A DNA stretch of 64,000 nucleotides from Octopus bimaculoides (GCF_001194135.2 NC_068994.1:2781000-2844999); one strand, 5' to 3'; shown: positions 51,547 to 64,000, counted from the stretch's first letter. The notes: generated from the letters alone by a model not told the origin. Numbers and translations are program-made.

Positions 51547-52525
51547 GTAAGTTTGTTTACATTACAATTTCATATGAATTGCTTAGATAATATTTTGAGA
51601 TAGAAGTACTTGATAACAGTTAAAAGTGTGCACCTACAGAATAAATATACAAAGAAGGAGAAAAGAAAAAAACATTGATTCCCCCAGTATCAAGAGCAGC
51701 TACTGGAATAGAAGTATAGCTACTTCTAGAACAAAGATGCCTTTTTACAGTTACCATCACACAAAAATTCTGGTTTGTCAAGTAAAATTTATTTGATCAT
51801 TTATTTTCAATATTAGTTGTATGAAGTGTAACCATTTTAAGTGGTTCTCAGTACATGTTTAATTATCTCATTAATATGTATCAATTATAGTAACAATAAT
51901 GAAGTCATTTAACTATTTTTTATCTGCAATCAACATTTTGCACCATGCATATTGAAATACAGAAAAAAATATTGAATTACAAAATGTCTTTAGAATAATG
52001 TGAAATTTTGTTAAAAAATGCTTCAAATTTTAGGATGTAAATTACATAAATAATATTATATATTCATGTAATAATTATACTCTCATTCACTATATAGAAT
52101 TTTTTCTTTTCATTGAGTCAACGGTTTCATTTTGATTACAAGTGATAGTTCTTACTGTAATTAACTTATAACCGATATTTAATTTAACACTTTTTTTCAT
52201 GCCTAATAAATATTATTGTATGTTAGCATGGTAATTTAAATCAATATTCAAAATCAGGTATATAAAACAGTATATAACTCAAAGTATATTCTTTAAATAC
52301 CCAACGTTATTAGGAATTTGAAATGCAACATCAATTTCTTAACAAAACCCTATTAGAAATATGAAGAAAGCCACTGTTTACTTGCAATTTTCTTCATTAT
52401 ATTTTTTGTCATTTTAGCTATGATCCTTAGTATAAGCATTATTTCCCCACATCACTTTGATGAGAACCGTAAACTGGAAAAGACAATCATTATTATCTTC
52501 ATCATATCGTTATTTTATGTTTATA

Positions 52526-53606
52526 CAGGATCCTTAATTTTTTAGGTCATTTGTGTGAATTTAGAAAAGAAGCATAGATTATCAAAGAAAAGCTATATTA
52601 GCAAACAAATTGGTACAAATAATCTTGAGAATCCTTTTATCACATCTATTCCATGAATTTACCGTTAACATCAATGGTTGTTTCAATATGGAGTTAGAAG
52701 CATTGACATACCCAAATCAGATGATCTTTATCAGTTTTGGATATAGTGCTGGTTATGATGGACTTGAGAGATTGCATGGTGTTATGGGGATATTGACTGA
52801 CCTCTCTCTCAACTGGCCCTATATGTAATAGTCCAATAGACTGAGGTCTGGTGAACTAGAAAGCCATGTGTTTGGGAGAACATGACCATGGAGATTAGCA
52901 CACATCCATGCTTGGGTTGTCCTAGTCTTATGAGACAGTGCAGAGTCCTGTTGGAAGATATACAGTCTTCTATTGCATACTCTGCCCAATCAAGGCCTCA
53001 CAACTTTCTCCAACACCTCTGTGTAGACAGCAACATTGTCTCTTAAGCCTTGTGAAAAGATGTGTGGATGCATGACATATTCCTTGTTGCTGATGACTCC
53101 CAAAACCATCACAGTTGCTGAGAACTTATTATGTTGGAACATCATTCAGATCTCCGTATAACTATGTGTCAATCCTTCGGTTTACCTTTTTGGCCAGATT
53201 GAAGTTTTTCTCATTCGAGAAAAACCAAATCATTCCAGCCTTTTGGTGTCTTAATTCATTCAGCAAACACTTCGCATGGATAGAACAATTCTCACTTCTC
53301 ACATGCAACTTGTACAGGATGTCCTGATGCACATCTCTTCTGATGGTGATTTTGAAAGCTTAAGGTCCTTTGTAATGGCTCTGATTGAACCATTGGAGGT
53401 TTTATTGATTGTTTCTTAGACATTTTGTACAAGATTCTGTGTTCTGATGGTATTAGGACATTGTGTATGCATTTAACATTAAAGTACGTTTTCTTAAAGT
53501 GCAATATGGTAGACTCGAAATAACTCAAAATGTCAGTCCTCCTCCACAAAAGTAAGGAGTGATTATATTTTATAACTATTATCTATTATAACCCATATAA
53601 ATCCTG
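52526..53606 (-). mobile_element. Tc1/mariner superfamily (maT/DD37D-like) transposon remnant in unit 3 intron 1
   Basis: WFFSNEKNF, VMVLGVIS, YIFQQDSALSH, SSSPDLSLLDYYI; short inverted ends TACAGGAT / ATCCTGTA. Confidence 0.8.
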
Positions 53607-53763
53607 TAACTGCATGTTCAAAAACATTTATAAAGAAAGGAATCATCCCACCAGAGCTGTACCAAAACATTCTTTTAATAACAGCTTAACCCATCTCTCA
53701 AATGCTACAGACATAAAATACACATTATGCATCAAAGTCATTTTAATGTTAATGGTTATAATA

Positions 53764-54200
53764 AGGCAGTGAGCTGGTAGAATTGTTAGCATGCCATGCA
53801 AAATGCTTAGTGGCATTTCATCCATCTTCACATTCTAAATTCAAATCTGCCAAGGTCAACTTTGTTTTTCTTCCCTTCAGGGTCAATTAAAAATGGATTG
53901 GTTGAATACTGAGGTCAGTGTAGCCAGCTTACCCCTCCTCTAAACTTGCTGGCCCTGTGCCAAAATTTGAAACCAATATTAATAATAACATAAGGTGGTG
54001 AGCTGGCAAAACCATTAGCGCGCCAGGCAAAATGCTTTGCAGCATTTCATCCATCTTATAGTCTGAGTTCAAACTCTGCTGAGTTTGACCTTTGCCTTTC
54101 ATCCTTTCGGGATTGACAAAATAAGTAGCAATTGGTCACTGTGGTTGGTTACATCGACTTACTTATTTCCTCTGAAATTACTGGCCTTGTGGTCTGAAAG
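53764..54200 (+). mobile_element. Two tandem tRNA-SINEs (antisense partner at ~55015-55140)
   Basis: Same family as 10198-10640. Confidence 0.85.
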
Positions 54201-55798
54201 CAACATTAATAATTGCATTATGTTTAAGAGCTGTGCTCTGTGAATCCTAAAAATAAAAAATGCAAGTTACCTAATGAGTTTTCAGTAATTAGGAGCAAGA
54301 CGGATAAAAAATATTGAGGAAATGTCTCTGAAGCTCAGTGTAATTTACGCAACCATTGACTTAAATTGAGAGACATTAACCATGTCAACTTCACCAGTTT
54401 CAATGGGCTCTGCAATGGACATGGGCACAACCTTTTCTTTCTGACTAAAAATAAATCATATTGCAGAACAGAACAAAACAAATATGTAATTGGACAATTC
54501 TCTACTTGAATATAAATAATTGCACTTGATTAACAACAAAAATAATCTAAATGATGTGAATATAGCTTTCTATTTGGTATAATTTTAGGGATATGTTTCA
54601 AATGGAAAATTTCATATTAATTCCAATAACAGTTAAAAGAGGAATATCATTAAATAGGCCACTATTTCATTGTATAATTAAGAAAACAAACAGAAGATAA
54701 TTATGTAAATACTGAGCTGCATTACTTAAAAGCTATTGAAAATTTTCAATGCAGTGTGTAGTGTTCAACCGAACGTATTCAATCATTTTTATACATCATA
54801 AAAATCATAGTAGAAGGGAACAGGGGAAGTAACTCTAAAGTTTTAGAAAGTTTTAACAAAAATGTGCATTTATATTAGTTGACTCAAAAAAGTAAGATAT
54901 AAGTATGAAACATAAAAAGAAGGTAATTATATAAGAATTAGTTTTGCAAGTATGTATCACAAATTGCAAATATTTATATAATGAGTAGGTCTTTATTACA
55001 TTTTACATTAGTAAAGTAAAATTTTATTGACCCCCAGAAGGAAGGAATGCAAAGTTGACATTGGTGGGATTTCAACTCAGAATGTAAACAGCTAGGACAA
55101 ATACCTAACTGGATAATGCTCTAATGATTCCATCAATCAAACACAACGCCATTTTTTAATAATAAGAATGGTTCTATATAAGATATATAAAAGAAACAGA
55201 TTCGCTTGTCATACTGAGTTGGTTCAGTTTTCAAATCATTCTACTCTCCAAACTTTCATAGGCACAACTCATTATTAGTAAAATATCTTTAGTTTATGAT
55301 CTAGTTATAAAAATACTTCATATCAGTTCAATTTGTGATTTTGTGTGATAATCACATTTGCATCTCAGTAAATCTTTTTTTTTTTTATATTGTCTTATGT
55401 TTTATTAAATTAAGCAACACTTCATTCTCATTTACATAATCTGTGTTATACAAAATAGCTGAAAATTATATTTTATAATTAAGATAGTTTTAATTTAAAT
55501 TTTCAGAATAAAGTATATTGATGTGAGCTAGCGACTATAACATCTTGCTAATTTTCTTTTCCTGTACCTAACTGGTACATGCAACTGTGAAAACTAATTA
55601 AAAAAAAATCAATCAGGTCATTACCTTGACTATATTCTCAGTTTAACAAATTCATCTGTTAATAAAAAATTTAAGACATTTTTAGAAATCTTAATTATGA
55701 CTGAAAAGTAAGGAGGATTTTATTTAAGATATGTACATTCTGTAATACTTTAAAATGTATTTGTGTCAAAAAGCTAATATTTTAATATTTCATTTTAG

Positions 55799-58206
55799 AT
55801 GTATGGATTTATGAATTGTAATAATGAATTACAATAATGAGTGTAATCAACACTCTGCAGCTTTACATTCTGTATGGGATAATGTATCCAGTTGTGTGCA
55901 TAGATATTATATACCATGTCAATGAAGAAAACAGTCCACACACATATATAGGAGATATCGCAGCTGATTCTAACATATCACATTCACTTATACACCAGCA
56001 ACATGCACTCATTACATTTACACAATTACAAAGGATGGTATCAAGTGGGTCTCAATTATTCAATGTCACCAGCTCAGGAAAACTATACACTACTCAGATA
56101 CTGGATGCTGAGTCTCTGTGTACATATAACAAGGAATGTTCCAGAATTGTTAAGGTAGCAGTGAGGAAAGCAGAAACATTTACAAAAATATTAAAGATAA
56201 AAATAATTATAGAAGATATCAATGACCACCATCCAGAGTTTCCAGATGATCGAATTAAAATAGAGTTTTATGAGACGGATGTAAAAGGATCAACAAAATC
56301 GATACCAAATGCTGTTGATCAAGACATTAGTCTTCTCAATTCTAACATCACATACAGACTCAAGGATAAAAGCAAGAAATTTTCACTATCCATATTTAAA
56401 GGATTTGATGGAATAAACTTACTTAAAATAACTCTAGAAGGAATGTTAGACAGAGAAGAAAAGCACAGTTACATGTTACATTTGGTAGCTAAAGATGGAG
56501 GTACTCCACCAAAAGAAGGCATACTGAACATATATATCACTGTTACAGATGTTAACGACAACCAACCAATGTTTACACAAAAATTATATAATACCACCAT
56601 CAGTGACGCACATCACATATCTTCACCTGTGATTCTTTTATCAGCAACAGATTTAGATTCTGGTCAAAATGGGAACATTACTTACTATTTACATAGAAAT
56701 ACAAATAAATATGCCAGAAAACATTTCAAATTAAATTCTAAAACAGGAGAGATTTTCATCAATGATAATTTATTTAGAAATAAAGAAAGTAAATATCACT
56801 TGTACATTCAGGCTAGAGATGGTGGAAATCCTTCATTAAGCTCCATGGCAATGTTGATTATCAATGTAATTAACAATCAAAATAATGCTCCAACAATAAA
56901 TATAGATTTTGTATCACCTTTAACAGAGTCTTCTACTGCTGTTTCAGAAGCAAGTAAAATTGGGAGCTTCATAGCATATGTTATGGTCATTGACACTGAT
57001 AGTGGACCTAATGGACAAACTAAATGTAATATCCACCATAAAATGTTCCAGCTTTCTAATATGGGTTCTAAAGAATATAAAATATTGGTTAAAGAACCTC
57101 TTGACAGAGAAACTATAGATCATTATGTTGTTTCTATTGAATGTCATGACATGGGATCACCTCCATTAAAGACTAAGAAACAGTTCTCTGTCAAAGTAAC
57201 TGATGTCAATGATGTAGAACCACATTTTACCAAAGAGACATTCCAATTCCTCACCTATGAAAACCAGAAAGTTGACTTCCCTATTGGCTTCATCAATGCT
57301 ACAGACCCTGATCTTGGAGAGGGAGGCCAACTTACATATTCTATCATCAATGATAACAAAAATGATAATATTCCTTTCCAACTGACAAAATATNNNNNNN
57401 NNNNNNNNNNNNNNNNNNNNNNNNNNNNNNNNNNNNNNNNNNNNNNNNNNNNNNNNNNNNNNNNNNNNNNNNNNNNNNNNNNNNNNNNNNNNNNNNNNNN
57501 NNNNNNNNNNNNNNNNNNNNNNNNNNNNNNNNNNNNNNNNNNNNNNNNNNNNNNNNNNNNNNNNNNNNNNNNNNNNNNNNNNNNNNNNNNNNNNNNNNNN
57601 NNNNNNNNNNNNNNNNNNNNNNNNNNNNNNNNNNNNNGAATACTGAGATCCAATGATAGAAACCTGTTTACAGTGAACTCACACACTGGTGTGTTATCTT
57701 TCTCTCGCACAGTTTACCAAAATGATGCAGGAACATATGAACTGGAATTTATAGTGAAAGATGGTGGTACACCAGTTCAGTCAGCAACAACTGCTATCAT
57801 ACTAACACTGTTTGTTAGTAATGATACATCTCCAATGTTGACTGCTATCCACTCACAGTCTGATAACAACCTGAATATGACTTGGATAATTATCATTGTA
57901 GCAGCAGCTGTAATATTATCTGTGGCTATTGTAGTGTCCATAACATTGTGTATTTTCAGATGTATTAATCATTTCAATAATTCATCTGCAGAAAAAAATA
58001 ATCCAAAATTTCTATCGAGGACTGAAATGAGACAAATCCTGTATCAGACTAACAATCCTGTTGCAATAACTCGGAATGCAGAAGAGATATTTAGCAGAAA
58101 TCTTCAGTCAATAAACCCTAAAAGTTCATACTATCCAGAGATGGAACAGTTAAGTGGCGAATGGAAATTCTCAACAACACCCAGGAGACTTCCACCCATT
58201 CCACAG
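55799..58206 (+). CDS. Protocadherin unit 3, large exon (ATG 55837); part of EC5-EC6 lies in N-gap 57394-57637
   Basis: Acceptor TTTCATTTTAG|55799; signal peptide, cadherin repeats, TM WIIIIVAAAVILSVAIVVSITLCIF; donor CAG|GTACGT, phase 0. Confidence 0.96.
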
Positions 58207-59506
58207 GTACGTAAGCAGTAAATTCATTTTCTAAATGTATTGTTACTATTTTTACATTATACCTATTAATTCCAAATCACCATACAGTAACAGTTAAATA
58301 TATTTTGAATATTTGTCAAATTCTGTTTATAAATCCTTGAATGAAATCTCTATTGGTAACACTACACTTTTGACTAATATACACATTTTAAGCTTAGTTT
58401 CATATTTCCCTTTTTATCTAAAAGCCAGAAATTTTAGATGGTATTCAGGTATTGTAAGCCCAGATATAGTGTGAATGTTATTTTCTTGTTCATAGTCATT
58501 TCTAGCATGGATATGATTCCAGTGAGTAAACATTTAACCTGGCATACCTTGGAACCCACAATTTTCTGCCATTTTCTTTTCTTTTCTGGAAATGATTTTG
58601 TTATATAAGGATTCTATAATGTTACTATTTTCATTATATTCACTTCTGATCTACCACAATGGCTTTCAGCTGTTTCCTCTATCAAGCTTTAATACATTTA
58701 TATTATCATATAACCTCATAATAACCTATTAAACTTATGCATTTTTATATTCCCTTCTTGATGTGATGTTTCCTTCACTGCATTTCTCATTTTTAATAAT
58801 TGGACAGACAATAACACTAATACATACCTGTAACTAAAATATATTTTAATTAAATAATTGCATTTTCTAAAAAGCAATTTCCCAACATTCAGAAGTTATT
58901 ACTTTTAAACTTCGTGAACTAATTTTTGATATCAACTTATTAAAAATACTATAAACATTCTAGGGAGCACCATATGTGCCATGATTTTATGAAACTGACC
59001 TGCAGAATTTTTAAGCAAAATCAATTTAATGTTCATATATACTGCAACATTGCTGCCTATTTTGTATACCATAGTATGTTAAGGTCCACATACATAGGTA
59101 TGATATATCAGCAGCTCTGGATTTGTTGATCATACCTAGTTATACAACCAACTATGCTGAATCAATAACGAAGCCCCTATGGATTCCTCAGTCTACTTGA
59201 AACAATACTCAAATTTCCTTTAAATCTTTCCTACTATCTTTAAAAAGAAGTATACTTTATTAATGTCATCCTACCCTACAATCAGAAACTCAGTGTGGTC
59301 ATGGCTGGAATGCCTTTTACTATAAACTTACAACTGTCATAAGTTTGGACTATCAATACTACAAAAAAGAATATTAGAATAAATTTCCCAATTTCCCTGA
59401 AAATATTCCAACTAGTTTTCTTCAAAGATGTAAAATAGAAATCATAGAAATATCATGCACTATAATCTCTCAAATATTCATCTAATCCATGTTGTTCTTA
59501 TAATAG

Positions 59507-59654
59507 CTCTATAATAAAAAGGTTTCAGATGGATCTTGTGATCAAATTGACAACAGCAGTATTGTGACATCAAACAACCTAAGTGATACATTGCCATCTC
59601 AAAGAGATCGTAAACATGGATGGAATGAAGCTGATATTAAACATCAGACATCAG
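59507..59654 (+). CDS. Protocadherin unit 3, tail exon A (LYNKKVSDGSCDQ...SNNLSDTLPSQRDRKHGWNEAD...SG)
   Basis: TTCTTATAATAG| and G|GTAAAT; 148 nt, phase 0 to 1. Confidence 0.85.
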
Positions 59655-60527
59655 GTAAATTACCTATTATCAACAATTGTGTATATTGACTTTGCCTAAA
59701 CTTACTGGTACAATTACATCATATTTATAAATGAAACATTTTTTTCTTTTGTAATATAAGAGGTTTATATCAAATACTCAGGAGTGTATAATACTGTATT
59801 TAAAGTTTATAGAGCACATGAACATATAAGGCACATTTCAATTTTGGCAGGTTTATTCTTGAACTGCCATTTGCTTGTAACCTAAACCCAAACCTCATGC
59901 TTATGAAATGCAGGCTGATTTTCTGGAACACATTTTTAAAAAGTGGCCTGATAAGCAACTGAATATGGTATTTGAAAAGAATTTCTATACTAAGGTTAAA
60001 CCACAGGCAAAATTGACATTTCAACTGTAGCAGTGTTGTTTTAGCATTCACTTTTCCATGCTTACATGGATCAGATGGAATTTGTTATCACCAACTCTCA
60101 ACTGCTTCCAAGCAAGATCATATTTCCCCATGATCATATATGTTTTCGTGGAGGACTGGAAGCAAAGAAAAGTGCTTGAATGATGATGACACTTGTTTAC
60201 ACCTATCCCTACTCACTACACAAAAGCATGTAGAAGGGACTTGTTTGAGTTTCTGTCTACCAAATCCACTCACATGTTTTTGGTCATCCCAAGGTTGTTT
60301 TAGAAGACACTTGTCTAAGGTGCCAAGCAGTGGGCCTGAGCCCAACTCCATGTGGTTGGGAAGCAACCTTCTTTACTGCAGACCCATTTATCTATGATAA
60401 ATATAAATTGCAAGTAAAACCTAATATGCATGTAAGAATTATTTAGAAAAATGTCATTTACTCTTCATTCATAGACACAATATCATAAGAAAACTATGAT
60501 ATATTTATGTTTTTCTCTATCTTTCAG

Positions 60528-60616
60528 AATACAGTAACTATACACCAAACATACCTCCAGTACCAAAAGGTGAACATGAACAAGACACATATCTTGAACC
60601 AGTATATAAGCAGTAA
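60528..60616 (+). CDS. Protocadherin unit 3, terminal exon (EYSNYTPNIPPVPKGEHEQDTYLEPVYKQ*)
   Basis: TCTATCTTTCAG|, phase 1, TAA at 60614-60616. Confidence 0.9.
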
Positions 60617-60771
60617 ATATATATAACCAGTAAACTCAATATTAACATGACTTCAATTATTTGCCCCAGAGATTATGAAATTTCTCTGGAGTTTTATCAT
60701 CAGTAATAGAACTTAATCAGAACATTTCATTAGTAAACACAGAATAACATATAGAATCAGGTAATTAATGC

Positions 60772-60811
<40 letters not shown>

Positions 60812-61530
60812 GTGTAAATATTTTCATTATGTCTGCACCTTAAGAGTAAACAAATGGGACAATTGAAATTCAAAACACATGATTATGAAACTGATTATTT
60901 TGGTTACACATTAGGCCAAAATCATGTAGGATATCATATAATACTTTAAATTCTAACTATTATATTAGAGATGCTACTAGTGAAAAGGAGTTTAAGCTTC
61001 ATATAGTCAGCAGTCTGAAAATACAAGAACGTCATATTAGAAAACACTTGCTTCAATAATCTACCATTTGTCACTATCTATTGTATTTTCAAATAATATA
61101 CGATTTAAAAAATAAAAATATGAGTTGATATTTTCAAATTATAAAGATTATCTTTAAATTATAAAATTATCAATAACTAAGGAAAATTATAAAACATTTA
61201 GAATTCAATCTAAATGAATACTTTATGCCATAATCCACTGTCACATATGTTGTGATATTGCTGTTGAGGATAGAAGTTAATATTCACATATTGTAATAAT
61301 CATTGCATGAATATGAGTATGTGTGTGCCCGTATGTTAGTGTGTTGTAAGCATTCATGTATAAGAGCAAATCTGTTATATATATATGTATATATATTGCT
61401 GTATATTAAAAATACTTACTGCAAAATTCATTATTAAATGTTTTAATCATTCTTTAAAGTGTATAAATCTAAATAGATACAATAAGAATAGATAAAAAAA
61501 AGTATTTTAAAGTGTAGTTGGCTCCCTCTA

Positions 61531-61653
61531 TGACTCACAAATCTATTCCGTAAAGATACTGTCATTGTCAAACTACTACAGCAGCAGTTACACAGGAACA
61601 CTACAAAAGAACAAATGCCTGTCATAAGAAACACAAAAGATTAAATAATTTTG
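61531..61653 (+). promoter_or_regulatory. Unit 4 promoter cassette and non-coding first exon
   Basis: TGACTCACAAATCTA, GCAGTT at +53, AGATTAA, donor TG|GTAAGT at 61654. Confidence 0.75.
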
Positions 61654-62042
61654 GTAAGTCATTTTACATTGCAATTTTTCATTTAATATTTTGTTTATAT
61701 ATATTTCAGCATTGATGTATGAGAAATAGACAATAAATAGTACTATGTTTAGTGATTATATAACACAGAGAAGAAATTGGGAAGCAATAGAACTGTGTAG
61801 CCATTAGAGCAATTATTACAGCACTGGTGTAGTTACTTTAAAACAGATATCTTTGTCTGCGAATGTTCTGCAAATACTGATCTGTCACTCGATTGTATTT
61901 ATCACATAATTTCAGATATATTGTTATAATTCACATGTAACATTATTTAATAAATTAGTTTAAACAGGGAATATTTTTTATATAATTATTGCTTATCATC
62001 ACTGAAGAAGTATTTTAAATACTGATTTGCATAGCATATACA

Positions 62043-62495
62043 TTTGATGTGGAAATTCCAATGAAGGAACCTTGGACCTCGGTTGAAACCAGTTCTTTCT
62101 CTATTGACAAGAAATCTTGAAATAAACTGAATAANNNNNNNNNNTATTTTATCTTTCATTTATTTCATCAGCAGTGTTATAATCAGATATTCGTACTTTA
62201 AATCTAAATCCTGAGCAAGTGTCTTTTGTTACAGCTTTGCACTCAAAGCATTGTGAATTGTTAAATATCGTAGATGAAATTATGAAGATAGCCATTGGAC
62301 ATGTATGTGTGTGTATGTGTGTGTGTGTGTATGTATACGTGTATATATATGTGTATATGTGTGTGTGCATGCATGTGTGTATGCAGGCAATCATGCAAGC
62401 ATGTGTGTATGTATGTATGTAGAGAGACAGAGAGACCCATACATACATACATACATACATGTATACATACATACACACATACATACACACATACA

Positions 62496-62526
<31 letters not shown>

Positions 62527-62655
62527 TTACATACATACATACATACATACCCAAATATCCTGTTTTTGATGTTGAAATTCCAATGAAGGAACTTTGGATC
62601 TCAGTTGAAACCAGTTCTTTCTCTATTGGCAAGAAATCTTGAAATAAACTGAATA
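62043..62655 (+). repeat. Two ~92-bp direct repeats (62043-62135, 62565-62655) around a degenerate SINE and (CATA)n
   Basis: TTTGATGT.GAAATTCCAATGAAGGAAC...CAAGAAATCTTGAAATAAACTGAATAA occurs twice with about 5 mismatches. Confidence 0.85.
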
Positions 62656-63562
62656 ATGACATACATACATAACTTGATGAAACAAGGGGAATCTAAATAC
62701 CAAATAATGTATAGTTTCCATTCCATTTCAGTTATCTTTATTTATGTCCTTTCGGTTCTACCTTTTGTTCCTCCTTATGAGATTGATAAAATTAGTAGCA
62801 GACAAGAGATTTGGGGTGGAGCAATATAATCAATTAAAAAATCATCCAGGCATGGCCACAGTCCAATGACTAAAATTAATAATAAAAAAAAAATTATCAA
62901 ACAGAAACATAATGTTCTCTGTCCAAAACCTTAGTAACTAGAGCTTATAATTTAAATTTTAAAGACATTAGGTATGTTGTTAAAAGAGTTGGTTATTGCA
63001 TTCAGTAAGTTCAATGACTCTATAATATAGACTTAAAATAAAGCAGGTACCAAATTTACCACGTTGGATAGAATATGAGCATATAAAACTAATTTTAAGA
63101 ATATTTATCACTGTGAAAAAATCAACAAGGTAGTCATATGTCACATTAATTCAATTTTCTTGTCTTTCTGATCTCAGGTCTTCAATCGAGAAGTACCTAC
63201 ATCTCAGTTTAATCTCTTCATTCCTGTTTGCAGTGATTCTTAAAATTCTTGTAGATTATCTGATAGAATATCAATTGCAATAACTATTAACTTATTTTCA
63301 TTTAGATAACTACCTTCATACATGTATAAAGTTTTTACTTCAAAATATTACCTCAAGTCTTAATTCTTATTAACTATATCAAATATTTCACGATATCACA
63401 AATGGTTCAAAATACTAATTGGATAGATTAAATGCATTTGGTTTTTAAAGAAATATGTATTTTGCATATATAAAACCTTTTATATATAACTGATGATATC
63501 AAATATATGTAGCATTAATTCAAAATAATTTTTCTTTTTTAGAACAATATCCATGACAAATA

Positions 63563-64000
63563 ATGAATTACAACAATGACTATAATCAACACATAAAATT
63601 TTACTTTCTCTATGGATTGATGTATACTGTAGTTTCTATAGACATTACTTACTATGTCAAGGAGGAAGACAGTCCTCACACCTATATAGGAGACATTGCT
63701 GTTGACTCCAACTTATCACACCCTCTCACACATCAACAACACACTCTCATTACATTTACACAACTACAAAGGACAGTCGAGAGTGGTTCTCACTTATTCA
63801 ATGTCACCAACTCAGGAAAACTATACACAACTGAGACATTAGATGCTGAGTCTCTGTGCACATACAACAAGGAATGTTCCAGAATTGTTAAGGTAGCAGT
63901 GAGGAAAGCAGGAACATTTATAAAGATATTGAAGATAAAAGTAATTATAGAAGATATCAATGACCACCAGCCAGAGTTTCCTCAAAAGCAAATAAAAATA
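63563..64000 (+). CDS. Protocadherin unit 4, start of large exon (signal peptide + EC1), runs off the window end; not in the ORF track
   Basis: Acceptor at 63541-63542; open frame from ATG 63563: MNYNNDYNQHIKFYFLYGLMYTVVSIDITYYVKEEDSPHTYIGDIA...LCTYNKEC...DINDHQPEF. Confidence 0.92.
   Translation, partial: MNYNNDYNQHIKFYFLYGLMYTVVSIDITYYVKEEDSPHTYIGDIAVDSNLSHPLTHQQHTLITFTQLQRTVESGSHLFNVTNSGKLYTTETLDAESLCTYNKECSRIVKVAVRKAGTFIKILKIKVIIEDINDHQPEFPQKQIKI

Noticed and set aside
58207-58216. Second donor GTAAGC 4 nt downstream of the unit 3 donor
   Set aside because: GT at +5/+6 is part of the normal donor consensus; there is no evidence of use.
59529-59654. Alternative acceptor GGTTTCAG| in unit 3 tail exon A
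   Set aside because: It is phase-incompatible with the phase 0 donor; the acceptor at 59507 matches the paralogs.
62052-62100. Hammerhead-like layout CCAATGA..AACC/GGTT..GAAACC in the 92-bp repeat
   Set aside because: The core deviates at U4 and G5 and there is no clean cleavage triplet; insufficient support.
62149-62662. MYVC/THTH/IYIY ORFs here and elsewhere
   Set aside because: These are translations of microsatellites.

Overview
AT-rich, microsatellite-dense animal genomic scaffold with 8 N-gaps. It is inferred to be a coleoid cephalopod (Octopus-like) from the tandem six-cadherin-repeat protocadherins and the SINE/LINE content. The core is a + strand tandem protocadherin (Pcdh) array: three complete genes (unit 1 CDS 15794-23880, unit 2 ~44069-50305, unit 3 55837-60616), the 5' start of a fourth (63563 to the window end), and an orphan, lesioned 3' half of a fifth copy (34942-40730). 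Units 1-3 each have one ~2.4 kb exon (signal peptide, EC1-EC6, TM, proximal tail) and two private tail exons. Units 2-4 also have a short non-coding first exon behind a conserved TGACTCAC element (only a weak candidate for unit 1). The rest is degenerate transposable elements: a hAT-Charlie/Buster element carrying a solo LTR and a MULE-like insert, mariner and maT/Tc1 copies, gypsy pol, RTE, R4/Dong, CR1, two Penelope-like elements, and many tRNA-SINEs. Most notable: (i) a ~150 bp fold-back in a Pcdh intron containing a sense-strand hammerhead ribozyme whose G12 and stem III defects are both A's sitting in A-C mismatches (candidate ADAR-switchable ribozyme), with related hammerheads at both inverted ends of a Penelope element in another Pcdh intron; (ii) a conserved per-gene promoter cassette; (iii) hypervariable EC3 next to homogenised EC4 and downstream sequence; (iv) a degenerate EC3-EC4 calcium linker; (v) a signal-peptide frameshift in unit 4 that is rescued by an upstream ATG. 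All alignments and coordinates were read by eye; TE boundaries are approximate unless a TSD or TIR is quoted.
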